Positions 26,678-36,767 of a DNA stretch of 64,000 nt are shown here, piece after piece. Made by a program: the position numbers and the translations under genes. The notes under the pieces were generated by a model. It did no database searches and was not told where the DNA came from. It saw nothing but the letters and a program-made list of their open reading frames with translations. The DNA is taken from positions 256,001-320,000 of the forward strand of contig JBGAON010000002.1 in the NCBI GenBank assembly GCA_044221725.1, given 5' to 3'. Each line of letters begins with the position of its first letter. Within the stretch, counting starts at the first letter, position 1. Origin of the DNA: Elusimicrobiota bacterium (GTDB lineage Bacteria > Elusimicrobiota > Elusimicrobia > F11).

Positions 26678-27961
26678 ATGGTTCTTCGGCACGGCGTGCG
26701 AATTGGAAAGGGAATCCTTTCCGATCGCTTGTTTCGCTCGATGTGTTATTTGTTGGTCGGCGTGGTTGTGACGGGCGTCGCCAATTACGGTTTGCAAGTT
26801 GTGCTGGGGCGCACGCTCACAACGGCCGAATATGGATTCATGAATGTTTTGCTCGGGGTGCTGGTTGTGTTCGGCGTGCCGGTCTCCACGATGCAGATGC
26901 TGATCGCGCGTAAAACATCCGAACACAAGGCCGCGGACGAATTCGGTGCGATCGGTGGTTTGTTGAAGCGCGTTTCGGTAACTTTGTTGGTGGGAAGCGC
27001 GGTGGGATTTGTGATTTACACAATTTTTTCTGCGCCGTTTGCTGCGTTTCTTCGCTCGCCTTCAATTGTTCCAGTGCTATTGCTCGGTCTTTGCGCATTC
27101 TCGGCGATCATGATGCCGGTTCCACTGGCCATTCTTCAGGGGCTGCAAGAAAGTTCATGGTTTGCGTTCCTGCAAGGTTTCACCGGACCATCGCGTTTTA
27201 TTTTGTGCGGGCTGGCCGGAGGCCTTGGCTTGGGCGTGAACGGCGTGCTTATCGGGCTTTTTCTTTCGCAATTTGTGATTTGGTTGTGGGCGTTTTTCGT
27301 GGTCAAGAAAGATGTTGGACATCTTCCCGCGCACGCCGACGCTGAACCGCTGGCTTGGAGGGACATGGTTCCGGTGCTTGTCGCAAACCTTGCGTTCGCG
27401 CTTATCACGCAGATGGATCTTATTCTCGTGAACCGATATTTTCATGCCGAGGACGCCGCGTTGTACGCGTCGGCCGCGGTGTTGGGCCGTGCCGTGATCT
27501 ATGTGCCGGCGGCGCTCGTGCTGGCGATGTTTCCAATGGTCTCGGAAAGCAAAGCGAGAAATGTTAATACGTTACCGCTGCTGTTTCGGTCGTGCGCGTA
27601 CACGGTGTTGTTTTCAGGAATTGGCGCGCTGTTGTTTTTGTTGTGGCCGGAACCGATCATCGGTGTGTTGTTCGCGCATCGTTACGACGCCTCGGCGGTC
27701 ATCCTAAAATACTACGGCATTTCGATGTTGCCGGTGGCGCTTTTAACGGTGTTGATGAATTACTTTGTGGCGCGTGGTCATCGGCTTTTTGGATACGTAA
27801 TGATGGTGGGAGCGTTTGTGGAAATTGCTCTGGTGTCTTTGTTTCATCCGTCGATGTTAAGCGTTGTATTTATTTTGGGCGCGGTGGGCACCGCGATATT
27901 AATTTTTGGAATTATTCTTTCGGGGGGCTTGGAATCTCATGAGCAACGTCAAATCGGATAA
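26678..27961 (+). CDS. wzx: Wzx-type oligosaccharide flippase
   Basis: About 12 hydrophobic segments. LGRTLTTAEYG, DLILVNRYF...YASA and MFPMVS motifs typical of MOP/Wzx flippases. Confidence 0.8.
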   Translation: MVLRHGVRIGKGILSDRLFRSMCYLLVGVVVTGVANYGLQVVLGRTLTTAEYGFMNVLLGVLVVFGVPVSTMQMLIARKTSEHKAADEFGAIGGLLKRVSVTLLVGSAVGFVIYTIFSAPFAAFLRSPSIVPVLLLGLCAFSAIMMPVPLAILQGLQESSWFAFLQGFTGPSRFILCGLAGGLGLGVNGVLIGLFLSQFVIWLWAFFVVKKDVGHLPAHADAEPLAWRDMVPVLVANLAFALITQMDLILVNRYFHAEDAALYASAAVLGRAVIYVPAALVLAMFPMVSESKARNVNTLPLLFRSCAYTVLFSGIGALLFLLWPEPIIGVLFAHRYDASAVILKYYGISMLPVALLTVLMNYFVARGHRLFGYVMMVGAFVEIALVSLFHPSMLSVVFILGAVGTAILIFGIILSGGLESHEQRQIG

Positions 27962-28643
27962 CAAAGCGTCGGTTGAAGATCTCATCACCAAAGACACCGC
28001 CAATATTTTGCATCGCGTTTTGGAAGTTCGGTTCCTGTCCGATCGCACCTATTGCATCCGTGTTGAAAGAAAAAACTTTCAGTTCCGGGCCGGTCAGCTC
28101 ATGAACATGGGCGTGCCGGGTTCGGGTGTGAACCGTGAATATTCTCTTTACTCCTCGCCAAACGACCCGTATCTCGATGTTTTGATCCGCGAAGTGGAAG
28201 GCGGATTGGTGAGCGTGGCGCTCAAATCCCGCCGTCCGGGCGACTACGTTGAAGTGCACGGCCCGTACGGAGAATTTGTGTTGAACAATCCGAAGAAAGA
28301 TCGTCCGTACTTATTTATCGGAACCGGCACCGGTATTGCGCCATTTCATTGTTTCGCGAAAACCTACGCCGATTTAAATTACAAAGTGCTTCATGGCGTG
28401 CGAAAAGCCGACGAACGTTACGATTGGGAATCCTATCCCAAGGGCCGCTACATTTCCTGCGTGTCGCAAGACAATGGTGGGGATTTCAAAGGACGCGTGT
28501 CCGACTACTTGCGCCAAAACAAAGCGGATCCGAATTCCATCGTTTATTTGTGCGGGAACCGTTCGATGATTATTGAATGCTACGGCATTCTCAGGGACCA
28601 AAATATTCCGAGCGATAATATTTTTACGGAAGTTTTCTTCTAA
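27939..28643 (+). CDS. FAD/NAD(P)-binding oxidoreductase (ferredoxin-NADP reductase-like)
   Basis: FRAGQ, REYSLYS (RxYS), GGLVS, GPYG, GTGTGIAP, YLCG and terminal EVFF motifs. No N-terminal [2Fe-2S] domain. Confidence 0.85.
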   Translation: MSNVKSDNKASVEDLITKDTANILHRVLEVRFLSDRTYCIRVERKNFQFRAGQLMNMGVPGSGVNREYSLYSSPNDPYLDVLIREVEGGLVSVALKSRRPGDYVEVHGPYGEFVLNNPKKDRPYLFIGTGTGIAPFHCFAKTYADLNYKVLHGVRKADERYDWESYPKGRYISCVSQDNGGDFKGRVSDYLRQNKADPNSIVYLCGNRSMIIECYGILRDQNIPSDNIFTEVFF

Positions 28644-28663
28644 AGAAAACGGGAGATCAATTC

Positions 28664-30208
28664 ATGAAAGTTGCTATTTCGTATCCACCAATCGTTAACA
28701 AATATGGCCAGAAAGCCATGGTGTCGCAAAATCGGAACGTTCAATTTTTCAAGAAGCCGACATATTTGTTGCCGGTCGTTCACGCGCAAGCCGCCACATG
28801 GCTTCGCGATCAAGGCCACGATGTTCGTTGGGACGACGGAAACGCCCAGCTGAAAACGTTCGATAAATGGTTCACGGATCTTGTGAACTGGGGGCCCGAC
28901 GTCGTGGTGTTCGAAAGCACTACGCCGGTCATGAATTTTTATTGGCACACCGTCGATAAATTGAAGGAAGCCTCGCCGAAAACGATCATTATTATGACCG
29001 GTTATCATTCGATGCGGAAACCGGAAGAAACACTCCAGAAATCGAAAACGGATATCGTGCTGCGCAGCAACCACATTGACTTTGTTCTATCGAAGCTCGT
29101 TCCCTTCCTCACGCAGCATTCGACAACCTGGCGCCAAGATCTCAAAGTGGACGGTCTCACGTTTCGTGATTCGTACGGCAATATTCAGTCGACCGGAAAT
29201 TTCCGCCAAGTGGAACCGCTCGAGAACTCGCCGTTGGTGGACCGCGATCTCGTTCGCTGGAAAGATTACGCGTACGAGAACGGAAATTATCTTCAAACCC
29301 CGGGCACTTACGCGACGAGCGTCATCCGCGATTGCATGTTTGGCAAATGCACGTTCTGTCGTTACAACGGTCCCGATTTAACGTTCTCGGTGTTGCCGGT
29401 CGAAAAAAGTTTGCAGGAATACGAAACGCTCGTGCGCAAATACAAAGTGCGCGAAATTTTTGACGATTCGGGCGTGTGGTACCGCGGCGCCGACGCTCGG
29501 CGCTTTGCGCAAGGCCTCATCGACCGAAATTTGCACAAAGCCGACTGTTATTACGGATTCAATACGCGGTTCGAATATCTCGACGAAGAAACCATCAAAC
29601 TCATGGGCAAAGCGAACTTCCGTTTCGCGCTGCTCGGGTTCGAAGCCGCGGACGCCGAAACACTGAACCGACTCAACAAAGGTTATTTGCCCGAGAATGC
29701 TTACCGCTGCTTGGATTGGATGACGAAGTACGGACTCCATCCGCATCTGACGATCATGGTCGGGTATCACTGGCAAACGCAGGAACAACTGAATCAAACC
29801 GTGAGCATGGTGCAAGACATCATGCTGAAAGGTCTGGCGCGCACGCTGCAAGTGACAATCTGCACACCGCTCGACTACACCCCGTATCACAACGAGTGTA
29901 TCGAGAAAGGGGTGCTTCTTGCGCAGGATTACGATGATCACGATATGAGCAAACTCATCGTGCGCACGCCGATTCCGCACGAACAGTACTATCAGGCCAT
30001 CAAAGACATTTACAACGTGGCGTTTCATCCGAAGTTTATTTTGCGCCAGGTTCAGTTCTTGCTGAGTTTTAAGAAGCGCGACTGGCAATTTTTGTTCACG
30101 TACGGGTGGCGCGCGATCCGTCGCGTGCGGCAGCACATCTATAACTTGACGCGTCACAGCAAAGGAAAATCCGCACCGGAAGAGGTTCCGCATCCGAAAC
30201 CGGCATGA
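28664..30208 (+). CDS. Radical SAM protein with B12-binding-like N-terminus (HpnJ-like architecture)
   Basis: CMFGKCTFC (Cx4Cx2C) cluster motif, IFDDSG, LGFEAA and TPLDYTP motifs. GGGAG ribosome-binding site. Confidence 0.8.
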   Translation: MKVAISYPPIVNKYGQKAMVSQNRNVQFFKKPTYLLPVVHAQAATWLRDQGHDVRWDDGNAQLKTFDKWFTDLVNWGPDVVVFESTTPVMNFYWHTVDKLKEASPKTIIIMTGYHSMRKPEETLQKSKTDIVLRSNHIDFVLSKLVPFLTQHSTTWRQDLKVDGLTFRDSYGNIQSTGNFRQVEPLENSPLVDRDLVRWKDYAYENGNYLQTPGTYATSVIRDCMFGKCTFCRYNGPDLTFSVLPVEKSLQEYETLVRKYKVREIFDDSGVWYRGADARRFAQGLIDRNLHKADCYYGFNTRFEYLDEETIKLMGKANFRFALLGFEAADAETLNRLNKGYLPENAYRCLDWMTKYGLHPHLTIMVGYHWQTQEQLNQTVSMVQDIMLKGLARTLQVTICTPLDYTPYHNECIEKGVLLAQDYDDHDMSKLIVRTPIPHEQYYQAIKDIYNVAFHPKFILRQVQFLLSFKKRDWQFLFTYGWRAIRRVRQHIYNLTRHSKGKSAPEEVPHPKPA

Positions 30209-31194
30209 CGGCGCCCTTCTTCAGCATCGTCATTCCGGTTAAAGCGATCAACGGCTATGTCCGGGAGACGGTGTCTCACATCCTAAAACTCAACGATTCC
30301 GACTGGGAACTCATTATCGTTCCGAACGATGACGCGCCGTCCGAGTGGTCCGATCCGCGCATTCGTTTGATGGCGTCCGGGCGCGTTGGACCCGGCATCA
30401 AACGCGACTTGGCCGCCGAATCCGCGAAAGGTTTTGTGCTTGTGTTCCTTGATGATGATTCCTATCCGAAAGCCGATTTACTGACGGTGGCGCGCCCGTA
30501 TTTTGATGATCCCGATGTGTCCGCGCTCGGCGGACCCGCGATCACGCCGCCCGAAGACAGTTTTTGGCAGAAAGTTTCGGGCGCGGTGTTCTTGAGTCAT
30601 TTCTCAGGCGGTTCTCCGGAACGTTATGTTCCGCTCGGAAGCGTGCGCGAAACAAAGGACTGGCCCTCCGTAAATCTCATGGTGCGGCGCTCGGATTTTC
30701 TTGGCGTTGGCGGTTTTAATAGTGCGTATTGGCCGGGCGAAGACACAAAACTCTGCCTGCAAATTGTAAAGACCGGGAAAAAGATTCTTTATGTTCCTCA
30801 ACTAATGGTGTGGCATCACCGCCGCGCCGGGTTCTTCCAACATCTGAAACAAGTGGGCGCGTACGGTCTTCACCGCGGATTTTTTGCAAAGCGCTTTCCC
30901 GAAACCTCGCTCAAGATTGGATACTTCGCTCCATCGATGTTTCTTTTGTTCACGATTTTTTCATTGACCGGTTTTGCGCTCGGCATGCCGCCGGTGCTCA
31001 AAGCACTTTGTCTCACGGGATGGGGAATTTACGGGCTCGCCATGGTAAAAGCGTTTTTTGATTTTCGGCGTTATGTTTCGTCGCTGGTGGCGTTAAACGC
31101 GCTCGGTTATTCGATCTTTACGCATCTTGTGTACGGCGCGCAATTCCTTCGTGGACTCTTCTTTACGCAAAATCTTGTGAGCCGACTTCGATGA
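30205..31194 (+). CDS. Glycosyltransferase family 2
   Basis: FSIVIP, FLDDDS, GGF...GEDT and HHRR motifs, with C-terminal TM segments. Confidence 0.88.
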   Translation: MTAPFFSIVIPVKAINGYVRETVSHILKLNDSDWELIIVPNDDAPSEWSDPRIRLMASGRVGPGIKRDLAAESAKGFVLVFLDDDSYPKADLLTVARPYFDDPDVSALGGPAITPPEDSFWQKVSGAVFLSHFSGGSPERYVPLGSVRETKDWPSVNLMVRRSDFLGVGGFNSAYWPGEDTKLCLQIVKTGKKILYVPQLMVWHHRRAGFFQHLKQVGAYGLHRGFFAKRFPETSLKIGYFAPSMFLLFTIFSLTGFALGMPPVLKALCLTGWGIYGLAMVKAFFDFRRYVSSLVALNALGYSIFTHLVYGAQFLRGLFFTQNLVSRLR

Positions 31195-32141
31195 AGCCGG
31201 CCTCTTCCGTCTCGGGCGCCGAAAAAAGCACCGCGGTGTTAGCGCCGCTGGTCTCGGTGGTTGTTACGACGAAAAACGAAGAACGCAACATTGAATGGTG
31301 TTTGCGCAGTATCGAACTGCAAACATGGCCCAACATCGAAATCATCGTGGTTGATAACAACTCCACGGATCAAACCAAGCCAATCGCGGCTTCGTACACG
31401 CCCAATGTTTTTAACAAAGGCCCTGAGCGCTCGGCCCAACGCAACTTTGGAATGTTGGAGTTGGCCAAGGGCGATTACGTCATTTATGTCGATGCCGACA
31501 TGATTTTGTCACCGCTGCTCGTCGAGCGATGCGTTCAGAAAATGGCCGAACCCGGATGTTTGGCTCTGCACATTCCAGAGATTATTCTCGGTTCGAGCTT
31601 CTGGTGCCGCGTGCGTCGGTTCGAGCGAACGTTTTATGACGGCACGGTCATTGACGGTGCGCGCTTCTTCCGACAAGGTGTGTTCCGAAAAATCGGCGGG
31701 TTTAACGAAAAGATCAACGCGGCTGAAGATTGGGATGCCGACAAACGCATTAAAAAAATCGGCGGAACGATCGCGCTGATTCCACGTCGCCGCACGGAAT
31801 CGACGGAGACGTCTTGGGAGCTTTCTTATTTTGTTCGTTCGAACGGTGTCAGGCCGATTTTCGAAACCGTTATTTATCACAACGAATCCGATTTCTCATT
31901 GAAAAGATATTTGCTGAAGAAAAAAGCGTACACCGGCGATGTCGGCGAATACGTGCGCATGTGGGGAAAAAACGATCCTGACGTGCGCCGCCAGGTTGGC
32001 TTTTTCTACCGATATGTCGGTGTGTTTGTCGAAAACGGAAAATGGAAAAAGCTCGTAACGCACCCGTTGCTCACGATCGGAATGTACGTTCTGCGGGGCT
32101 GCGTGGGTGCTGTGTTTCTTTGGAAAAAAATTTCTGCATGA
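31191..32141 (+). CDS. Glycosyltransferase family 2
   Basis: VSVVVTTKNEE, VDNNSTD, SAQRNFG, YVDADM and GGF...AEDWD motifs. Confidence 0.88.
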   Translation: MKPASSVSGAEKSTAVLAPLVSVVVTTKNEERNIEWCLRSIELQTWPNIEIIVVDNNSTDQTKPIAASYTPNVFNKGPERSAQRNFGMLELAKGDYVIYVDADMILSPLLVERCVQKMAEPGCLALHIPEIILGSSFWCRVRRFERTFYDGTVIDGARFFRQGVFRKIGGFNEKINAAEDWDADKRIKKIGGTIALIPRRRTESTETSWELSYFVRSNGVRPIFETVIYHNESDFSLKRYLLKKKAYTGDVGEYVRMWGKNDPDVRRQVGFFYRYVGVFVENGKWKKLVTHPLLTIGMYVLRGCVGAVFLWKKISA

Positions 32142-34240
32142 CCTCGCTCTCCCTAACCGAAACAAAACGCGTGCGTTGGGTTGCTGCGCTTCTGTTGATT
32201 CTTCATCCGTTCGTCATACTGAGAATTTTTCCGTGGATTCCGTTCAATTGTCCGGGCCCCGATGATTTGATGGCGCTCGGAGCGCCCCTTAACTTCGATC
32301 ATCTCAAGTACATCATCGAGTCCGACCGTCGGCTCGATCGTTTGCCCTCGCTTTTGCCCACCTATCTTTTTTACAAGTTGTTGGATCCGATGATCGCGCA
32401 CCACGTTCAGTATTTCTTTTATTTCTACGCGACGCTTATCGTGTTTTATCTCGTGATCAATCGCCTCGTGTCCGCCGAAGGAAGTTTGCTCGCCACGATT
32501 TTCTTCGGTGTCAATTTGTGGTCGCTCGGATCGTATGGAAGTTTTTGGATTACGCGGCAAATTATTCTTTATCTGTTGTTGGGTATTTTGTGCGTTCTCA
32601 AGGGCCTGCAGTCCGAAAAGAAATTGTGGCCGTACCTGGGCAGCGGGTTCTTCTTTTCTTCGACGTTTTTCTCGCATTTCGCGACGCTGCCGTTCCTCTA
32701 TCCGATTCCGCTTTTGTTTCTCGTAGGGACGCTGATACGAAAAGAGCTCACCGTAAAATCTTTTTTCAAATTCGTCGGTAGCTTCTTGATGGGCGTGGCC
32801 CTGTGCTTTTTGTTTTACGGAGCGATCAACCACATCTTCTTCCATCGGCCATTTCTGTTTTATCTTGCGCAACTGACGATGAGCCAATCGGACTACAGCA
32901 ACTATCTGCGCACGTTCGGCGTCGTGTACGGCACACCGTCCAACAATCTCATCGGTTTTGCGTTGGCCGTTTCGCTGTTTGCTCTCGCGAGGTGGAGAAG
33001 CATCGAGCCGCAAAAGAAAACGATCTCCGTGTGGTTTGTGGTTTCGTTCGCTCTGTACGCCATTTTCTATTACATCGATACCTTTTTTCCGAAGAGTCCC
33101 ATTTTCTCATTCGTGTTATGGCTTTATTATTACTGTCGCTGGATTATTCCGATCTGCGCGGTCGCAATTCTTGCCGGACTCATTCCAACCAATCTCAACT
33201 GGAAATGGCCCCATTTTCTGATGTTTTATGTGGGGGCTGTTCTCAGCATTTCGCCGTTCGTGCTCAAACACCTGGGGCGTGCGAAAATTTTTGCGCTAAT
33301 TCCTGCGGAAACAACGCCGTTGATGCTGGTGGGGATCTTCATCGCGTTGATTGGCTCCTTCTTATTTACGAAGTGGAACCGTTCGGTCGCGCTTGTTCTC
33401 GGTTTGTTTCTCGGTACGCTGGGGTTTGTTTCGTCGTCGGAGGTTTCGATGAACGGTTTTGTGGACGCCGGATACTATCGCCGTTTCTATGAAGCCAACC
33501 GATTTTTGCAGCAGCAAAACGCACGCCGCCCGATCGTTACGTGGCTTGGCGTGAACCGCCACGAATACGGCATCTGGTACGAATACAAGTCCTTCTGCAA
33601 GATGTGGTTGCTGGAACCCAATTATGTGGACAATTTTCCGGTGTTTGGAACCGAATCGGACACCCGATTTGATCCCAATAAATTCAACCACGATACGGAC
33701 ATTGTGATCGTTGTGGATATGTCAGCAGACGAAGCGGTTCGTTTGGGCAGTGAGGCGCTAAAACCCTATGACCTCACGCTGGTCGAAAGCGCGCACAAAA
33801 AGTTTGGCGAGGGGGAACACTCTTATACGCTGATCTATTGCCGATTAAAGTCGCGGCTCAACTTTTACAAGCAGCGAATCGATGATCTCACGCGCGTGAA
33901 AAACGCGCTCGAACGGTATCACGCCGACCATCACGCCTATCCGAAAAGCCAAGGATGGGACGGGATGAACAGCGCGTGGGGGCTGAATTCAAAAGATTGG
34001 ATTCCAGCGCTCGTTCCACGGTACATCAAAGAATTGCCACGCGATCCCCGCGGTACGGACAACATTCGTCACCAATACTTGTACAAGTCGGACGGCAAAG
34101 ATTACAAGCTGATTGCGCATGAGCCCGAAGATTATTGGGACGTGAAACCGTTGTATCCGGAACATATTGAACTCGTCCGCGAGAAAATTCACGCGTACGG
34201 TTACGGGTTCTGGACCGACGGTGCGGCAGCGTGGTTGTAG
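32138..34240 (+). CDS. Polytopic membrane protein (GT-C-like) with a C-terminal pilin/GspG-like domain
   Basis: First-loop PDD...RLDRLP, about 12-13 hydrophobic helices, and C-terminal RIDDLTRVKNALERY...YP...WIPALVPRYIKELPRDP...YLYKSDGKDYKLIAH. ATG at 32138 overlaps the previous stop. Confidence 0.6.
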   Translation: MTSLSLTETKRVRWVAALLLILHPFVILRIFPWIPFNCPGPDDLMALGAPLNFDHLKYIIESDRRLDRLPSLLPTYLFYKLLDPMIAHHVQYFFYFYATLIVFYLVINRLVSAEGSLLATIFFGVNLWSLGSYGSFWITRQIILYLLLGILCVLKGLQSEKKLWPYLGSGFFFSSTFFSHFATLPFLYPIPLLFLVGTLIRKELTVKSFFKFVGSFLMGVALCFLFYGAINHIFFHRPFLFYLAQLTMSQSDYSNYLRTFGVVYGTPSNNLIGFALAVSLFALARWRSIEPQKKTISVWFVVSFALYAIFYYIDTFFPKSPIFSFVLWLYYYCRWIIPICAVAILAGLIPTNLNWKWPHFLMFYVGAVLSISPFVLKHLGRAKIFALIPAETTPLMLVGIFIALIGSFLFTKWNRSVALVLGLFLGTLGFVSSSEVSMNGFVDAGYYRRFYEANRFLQQQNARRPIVTWLGVNRHEYGIWYEYKSFCKMWLLEPNYVDNFPVFGTESDTRFDPNKFNHDTDIVIVVDMSADEAVRLGSEALKPYDLTLVESAHKKFGEGEHSYTLIYCRLKSRLNFYKQRIDDLTRVKNALERYHADHHAYPKSQGWDGMNSAWGLNSKDWIPALVPRYIKELPRDPRGTDNIRHQYLYKSDGKDYKLIAHEPEDYWDVKPLYPEHIELVREKIHAYGYGFWTDGAAAWL

Positions 34241-34252
34241 ATGGATTTCCGT

Positions 34253-34281
34253 TTGTGTCCCTACCGTGAATTCTGTACCAT
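34253..34281 (+). promoter_or_regulatory. Putative internal sigma70-type promoter
   Basis: TTGTGT (34253-34258), 17-nt spacer, TACCAT (34276-34281) in one of the few intergenic gaps. Confidence 0.4.
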
Positions 34282-34299
34282 CCGCTCCCTCAACTAACC

Positions 34300-35394
34300 A
34301 TGTCCAATACCCATTTTGATACCGTAAAAACGACCGACCGCAATATTGTCGCCGAAGATATTGAGAACATTTGCCGTCGTGTCGGCTCGGCGCTTTCGCA
34401 GTTCGAAGGCAAGACGGTGCTCATTGCGGGCGGAAGCGGTTTTCTTCCAAGTTATATCGTTGATACGCTGGCCCACGCCAACGAGGCGATCTTTTCGACA
34501 CCGTGCAAAATTATCTCGATGGACAATCACGCGACCGGATTGCCCGACCGCTTTTCGTATTTGAAAGAGAAATCCTATTTCCAATTTGAGAAACACGATG
34601 TTTCAAAGCCGTTGAGCATCGATGGTCCGGTTGATTACATTGTGCACGCGGCCAGCATTGCATCGCCGCCGGTCTACCGCAAATTCCCGCTTCAAACCGT
34701 GCACGTGAACGTGAAGGGAACCGAAAACCTTTTGGAGATGGCCGTCGCGAAAAAAACCACGAGCGTTCTTTATCTTAGTTCGAGCGAAATTTACGGCGAT
34801 CCGACACCGGAAAATATTCCCACGCCGGAGACGTACAAGGGCAATGTTTCCTGCACGGGCTTGCGCGCGTGCTACGACGAATCCAAACGATTGGCCGAAA
34901 CGCTGTGCATGATTTATTTCCGCGAGAAAAAAGTGCCCGTAAAAATCATTCGGCCGTTCAATGTGTACGGCCCCCATTTGCGATTGGACGACGGTCGGAT
35001 TATTCCGGACCTGGTGAGCCACGGTTTGCAAGGGAAAGCGATGACGTTGTTTAGCGACGGGCGCGCCACGCGGAGCTTCTGCTACATTGCGGATTTTATT
35101 ACGGCCATGTTGTTACTTCTTTTGTCGAATCACGACGGCGAAGCATTTAACGTTGGAAACGATGAAGAGGTGTCCATCAGCAACGTCGCCAAGGAAGCCC
35201 AGGCCATTTTTGGAAACACGTTGCCGATTAAGTTTGTCACGAGCGAAGACGTGCATTATTTGTCCGATAATCCGCAGCGTCGTTGTCCCGATTTAACGAA
35301 AACCAAAAAATCGATTTCCTGGAAACCCGAAATCAAATTGCGCGAAGGTTTAACCCGAACCGTAAATTGGTATCGCGATAACCACGCATCATGA
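34300..35394 (+). CDS. NAD-dependent epimerase/dehydratase, UDP-glucuronate decarboxylase-like
   Basis: AGGSGFL, HAASIASP, SSSEIYGDP, YDESKRLAE, PFNVYGP and DNPQRRCPD motifs. Confidence 0.85.
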   Translation: MSNTHFDTVKTTDRNIVAEDIENICRRVGSALSQFEGKTVLIAGGSGFLPSYIVDTLAHANEAIFSTPCKIISMDNHATGLPDRFSYLKEKSYFQFEKHDVSKPLSIDGPVDYIVHAASIASPPVYRKFPLQTVHVNVKGTENLLEMAVAKKTTSVLYLSSSEIYGDPTPENIPTPETYKGNVSCTGLRACYDESKRLAETLCMIYFREKKVPVKIIRPFNVYGPHLRLDDGRIIPDLVSHGLQGKAMTLFSDGRATRSFCYIADFITAMLLLLLSNHDGEAFNVGNDEEVSISNVAKEAQAIFGNTLPIKFVTSEDVHYLSDNPQRRCPDLTKTKKSISWKPEIKLREGLTRTVNWYRDNHAS

Positions 35395-36767
35395 AAATTT
35401 CCGTTATTGGTTGCGGATACGTTGGTCTGATCACGGGCGTGGGCATGGCGCTCAAAGGTCACGATGTGACCGCAATCGATGTTTCTGCGAGCCGCATCGA
35501 TTCCATCAAGAAAAAAATCCCACCGTTTCACGAACCCGGTTTAAAGGCAGCGCTCGAGAAGGTTCTCAAATTAAAAAAACTTCAAGCGACGACCGACAAC
35601 AGCGGCGTTGGCGAGGCGGATGTAATTTTGATTGCGGTTGGTACGCCGTCGGCCGCCGATGGCTCGATTGACCTTTCGCTTGTTCGTCAGGTTGTTGCGG
35701 AGCTCACGCCGAGTTTGAAAGCATCCAAAAAGCGGCAAGTTCTTGTGATCCGCAGCACCGTCGTTCCTGGAACGTTGGATTCCGTTGTCGCGCCGCTTGT
35801 CGCTCAAATAAATGCTTCGCGATCGCAGCCCTTGGGCACCGCTGTAAACCCCGAATTTTTGCGCGAAGGGCGCGCTCTCGACGATTTCTTAAGTCCGGAC
35901 CGCGTGGTCATTGGATCGACGGACGCGAAGGCCGCGGCCACGGTGGCCAAGCTTTATGATTCGTTCGATGTGCCCGTAATCAAAACGTCGCCCACCGCTG
36001 CCGAAATGATCAAGTACACATCGAACACGCTGCTCGCGGTGTTGATCTCTTTTTCAAACGAAATTGCGCGTATTTGCGAAAGTTTGCCGAACGTCGACGC
36101 GGATGAAGTTTTTCGCGCGCTGCATTTGGATCGGCGTTTGACCGCAAAGGTGAAAGGGAAACAAGTTCCGGTGGGAATCACCTCGTACTTGCGCGCGGGT
36201 TGCGGATACGGCGGGAGCTGTTTGCCCAAAGACCTGCGAGCGATTCTTGCTTTTGCTCGAAGCAAAAAGATTGATGTGAAACTTTTGGAATCCGCGAACA
36301 ATGTAAACACCACACAGCCGGCCCACTTTGTGGACTTGGCGGAACGTTGGGCTGGCCCGCTCAAAGGACGAAAGGTGGCCGTTCTCGGGCTTAGTTTTAA
36401 AGAAGGAACCGATGACTTCCGGGAGTCACCGGGCCTTGCGATTGCGCAGAATCTATTGGAACGCGGCGCGTCGCTCATTGTGTCCGATCCGTTGGTTCCG
36501 TGGCGCCAAATCCAACCGCGCCTTCAAGCGGCGCAGTTCACAGAAAATCCGGTGGCCGCGTTCAAAGAAGCCGAGGTGTGTTTGATCACAACATCGGCGC
36601 CCGAGTTTCGTTTTGTAGAAAAAATGCTGGCGACTCCCTCGAAAAAGCTCCCGGTGGTGGTGGACGGACGACGCATGTTTGGTAGCAGCGTCGCTTCGAA
36701 CAACAAGCCGTACGTGGGCATCGGAATGGGACTTTCGCCGTTAACATGGCCGGTGAATCTTTCATGA
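35391..36767 (+). CDS. ugd: UDP-glucose/GDP-mannose 6-dehydrogenase
   Basis: GCGYVG, AVGTP, RSTVVPG, NPEFLREG, catalytic GYGGSCLPKD and LGLSFKEGTDDFRESP motifs. Confidence 0.9.
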   Translation: MKISVIGCGYVGLITGVGMALKGHDVTAIDVSASRIDSIKKKIPPFHEPGLKAALEKVLKLKKLQATTDNSGVGEADVILIAVGTPSAADGSIDLSLVRQVVAELTPSLKASKKRQVLVIRSTVVPGTLDSVVAPLVAQINASRSQPLGTAVNPEFLREGRALDDFLSPDRVVIGSTDAKAAATVAKLYDSFDVPVIKTSPTAAEMIKYTSNTLLAVLISFSNEIARICESLPNVDADEVFRALHLDRRLTAKVKGKQVPVGITSYLRAGCGYGGSCLPKDLRAILAFARSKKIDVKLLESANNVNTTQPAHFVDLAERWAGPLKGRKVAVLGLSFKEGTDDFRESPGLAIAQNLLERGASLIVSDPLVPWRQIQPRLQAAQFTENPVAAFKEAEVCLITTSAPEFRFVEKMLATPSKKLPVVVDGRRMFGSSVASNNKPYVGIGMGLSPLTWPVNLS

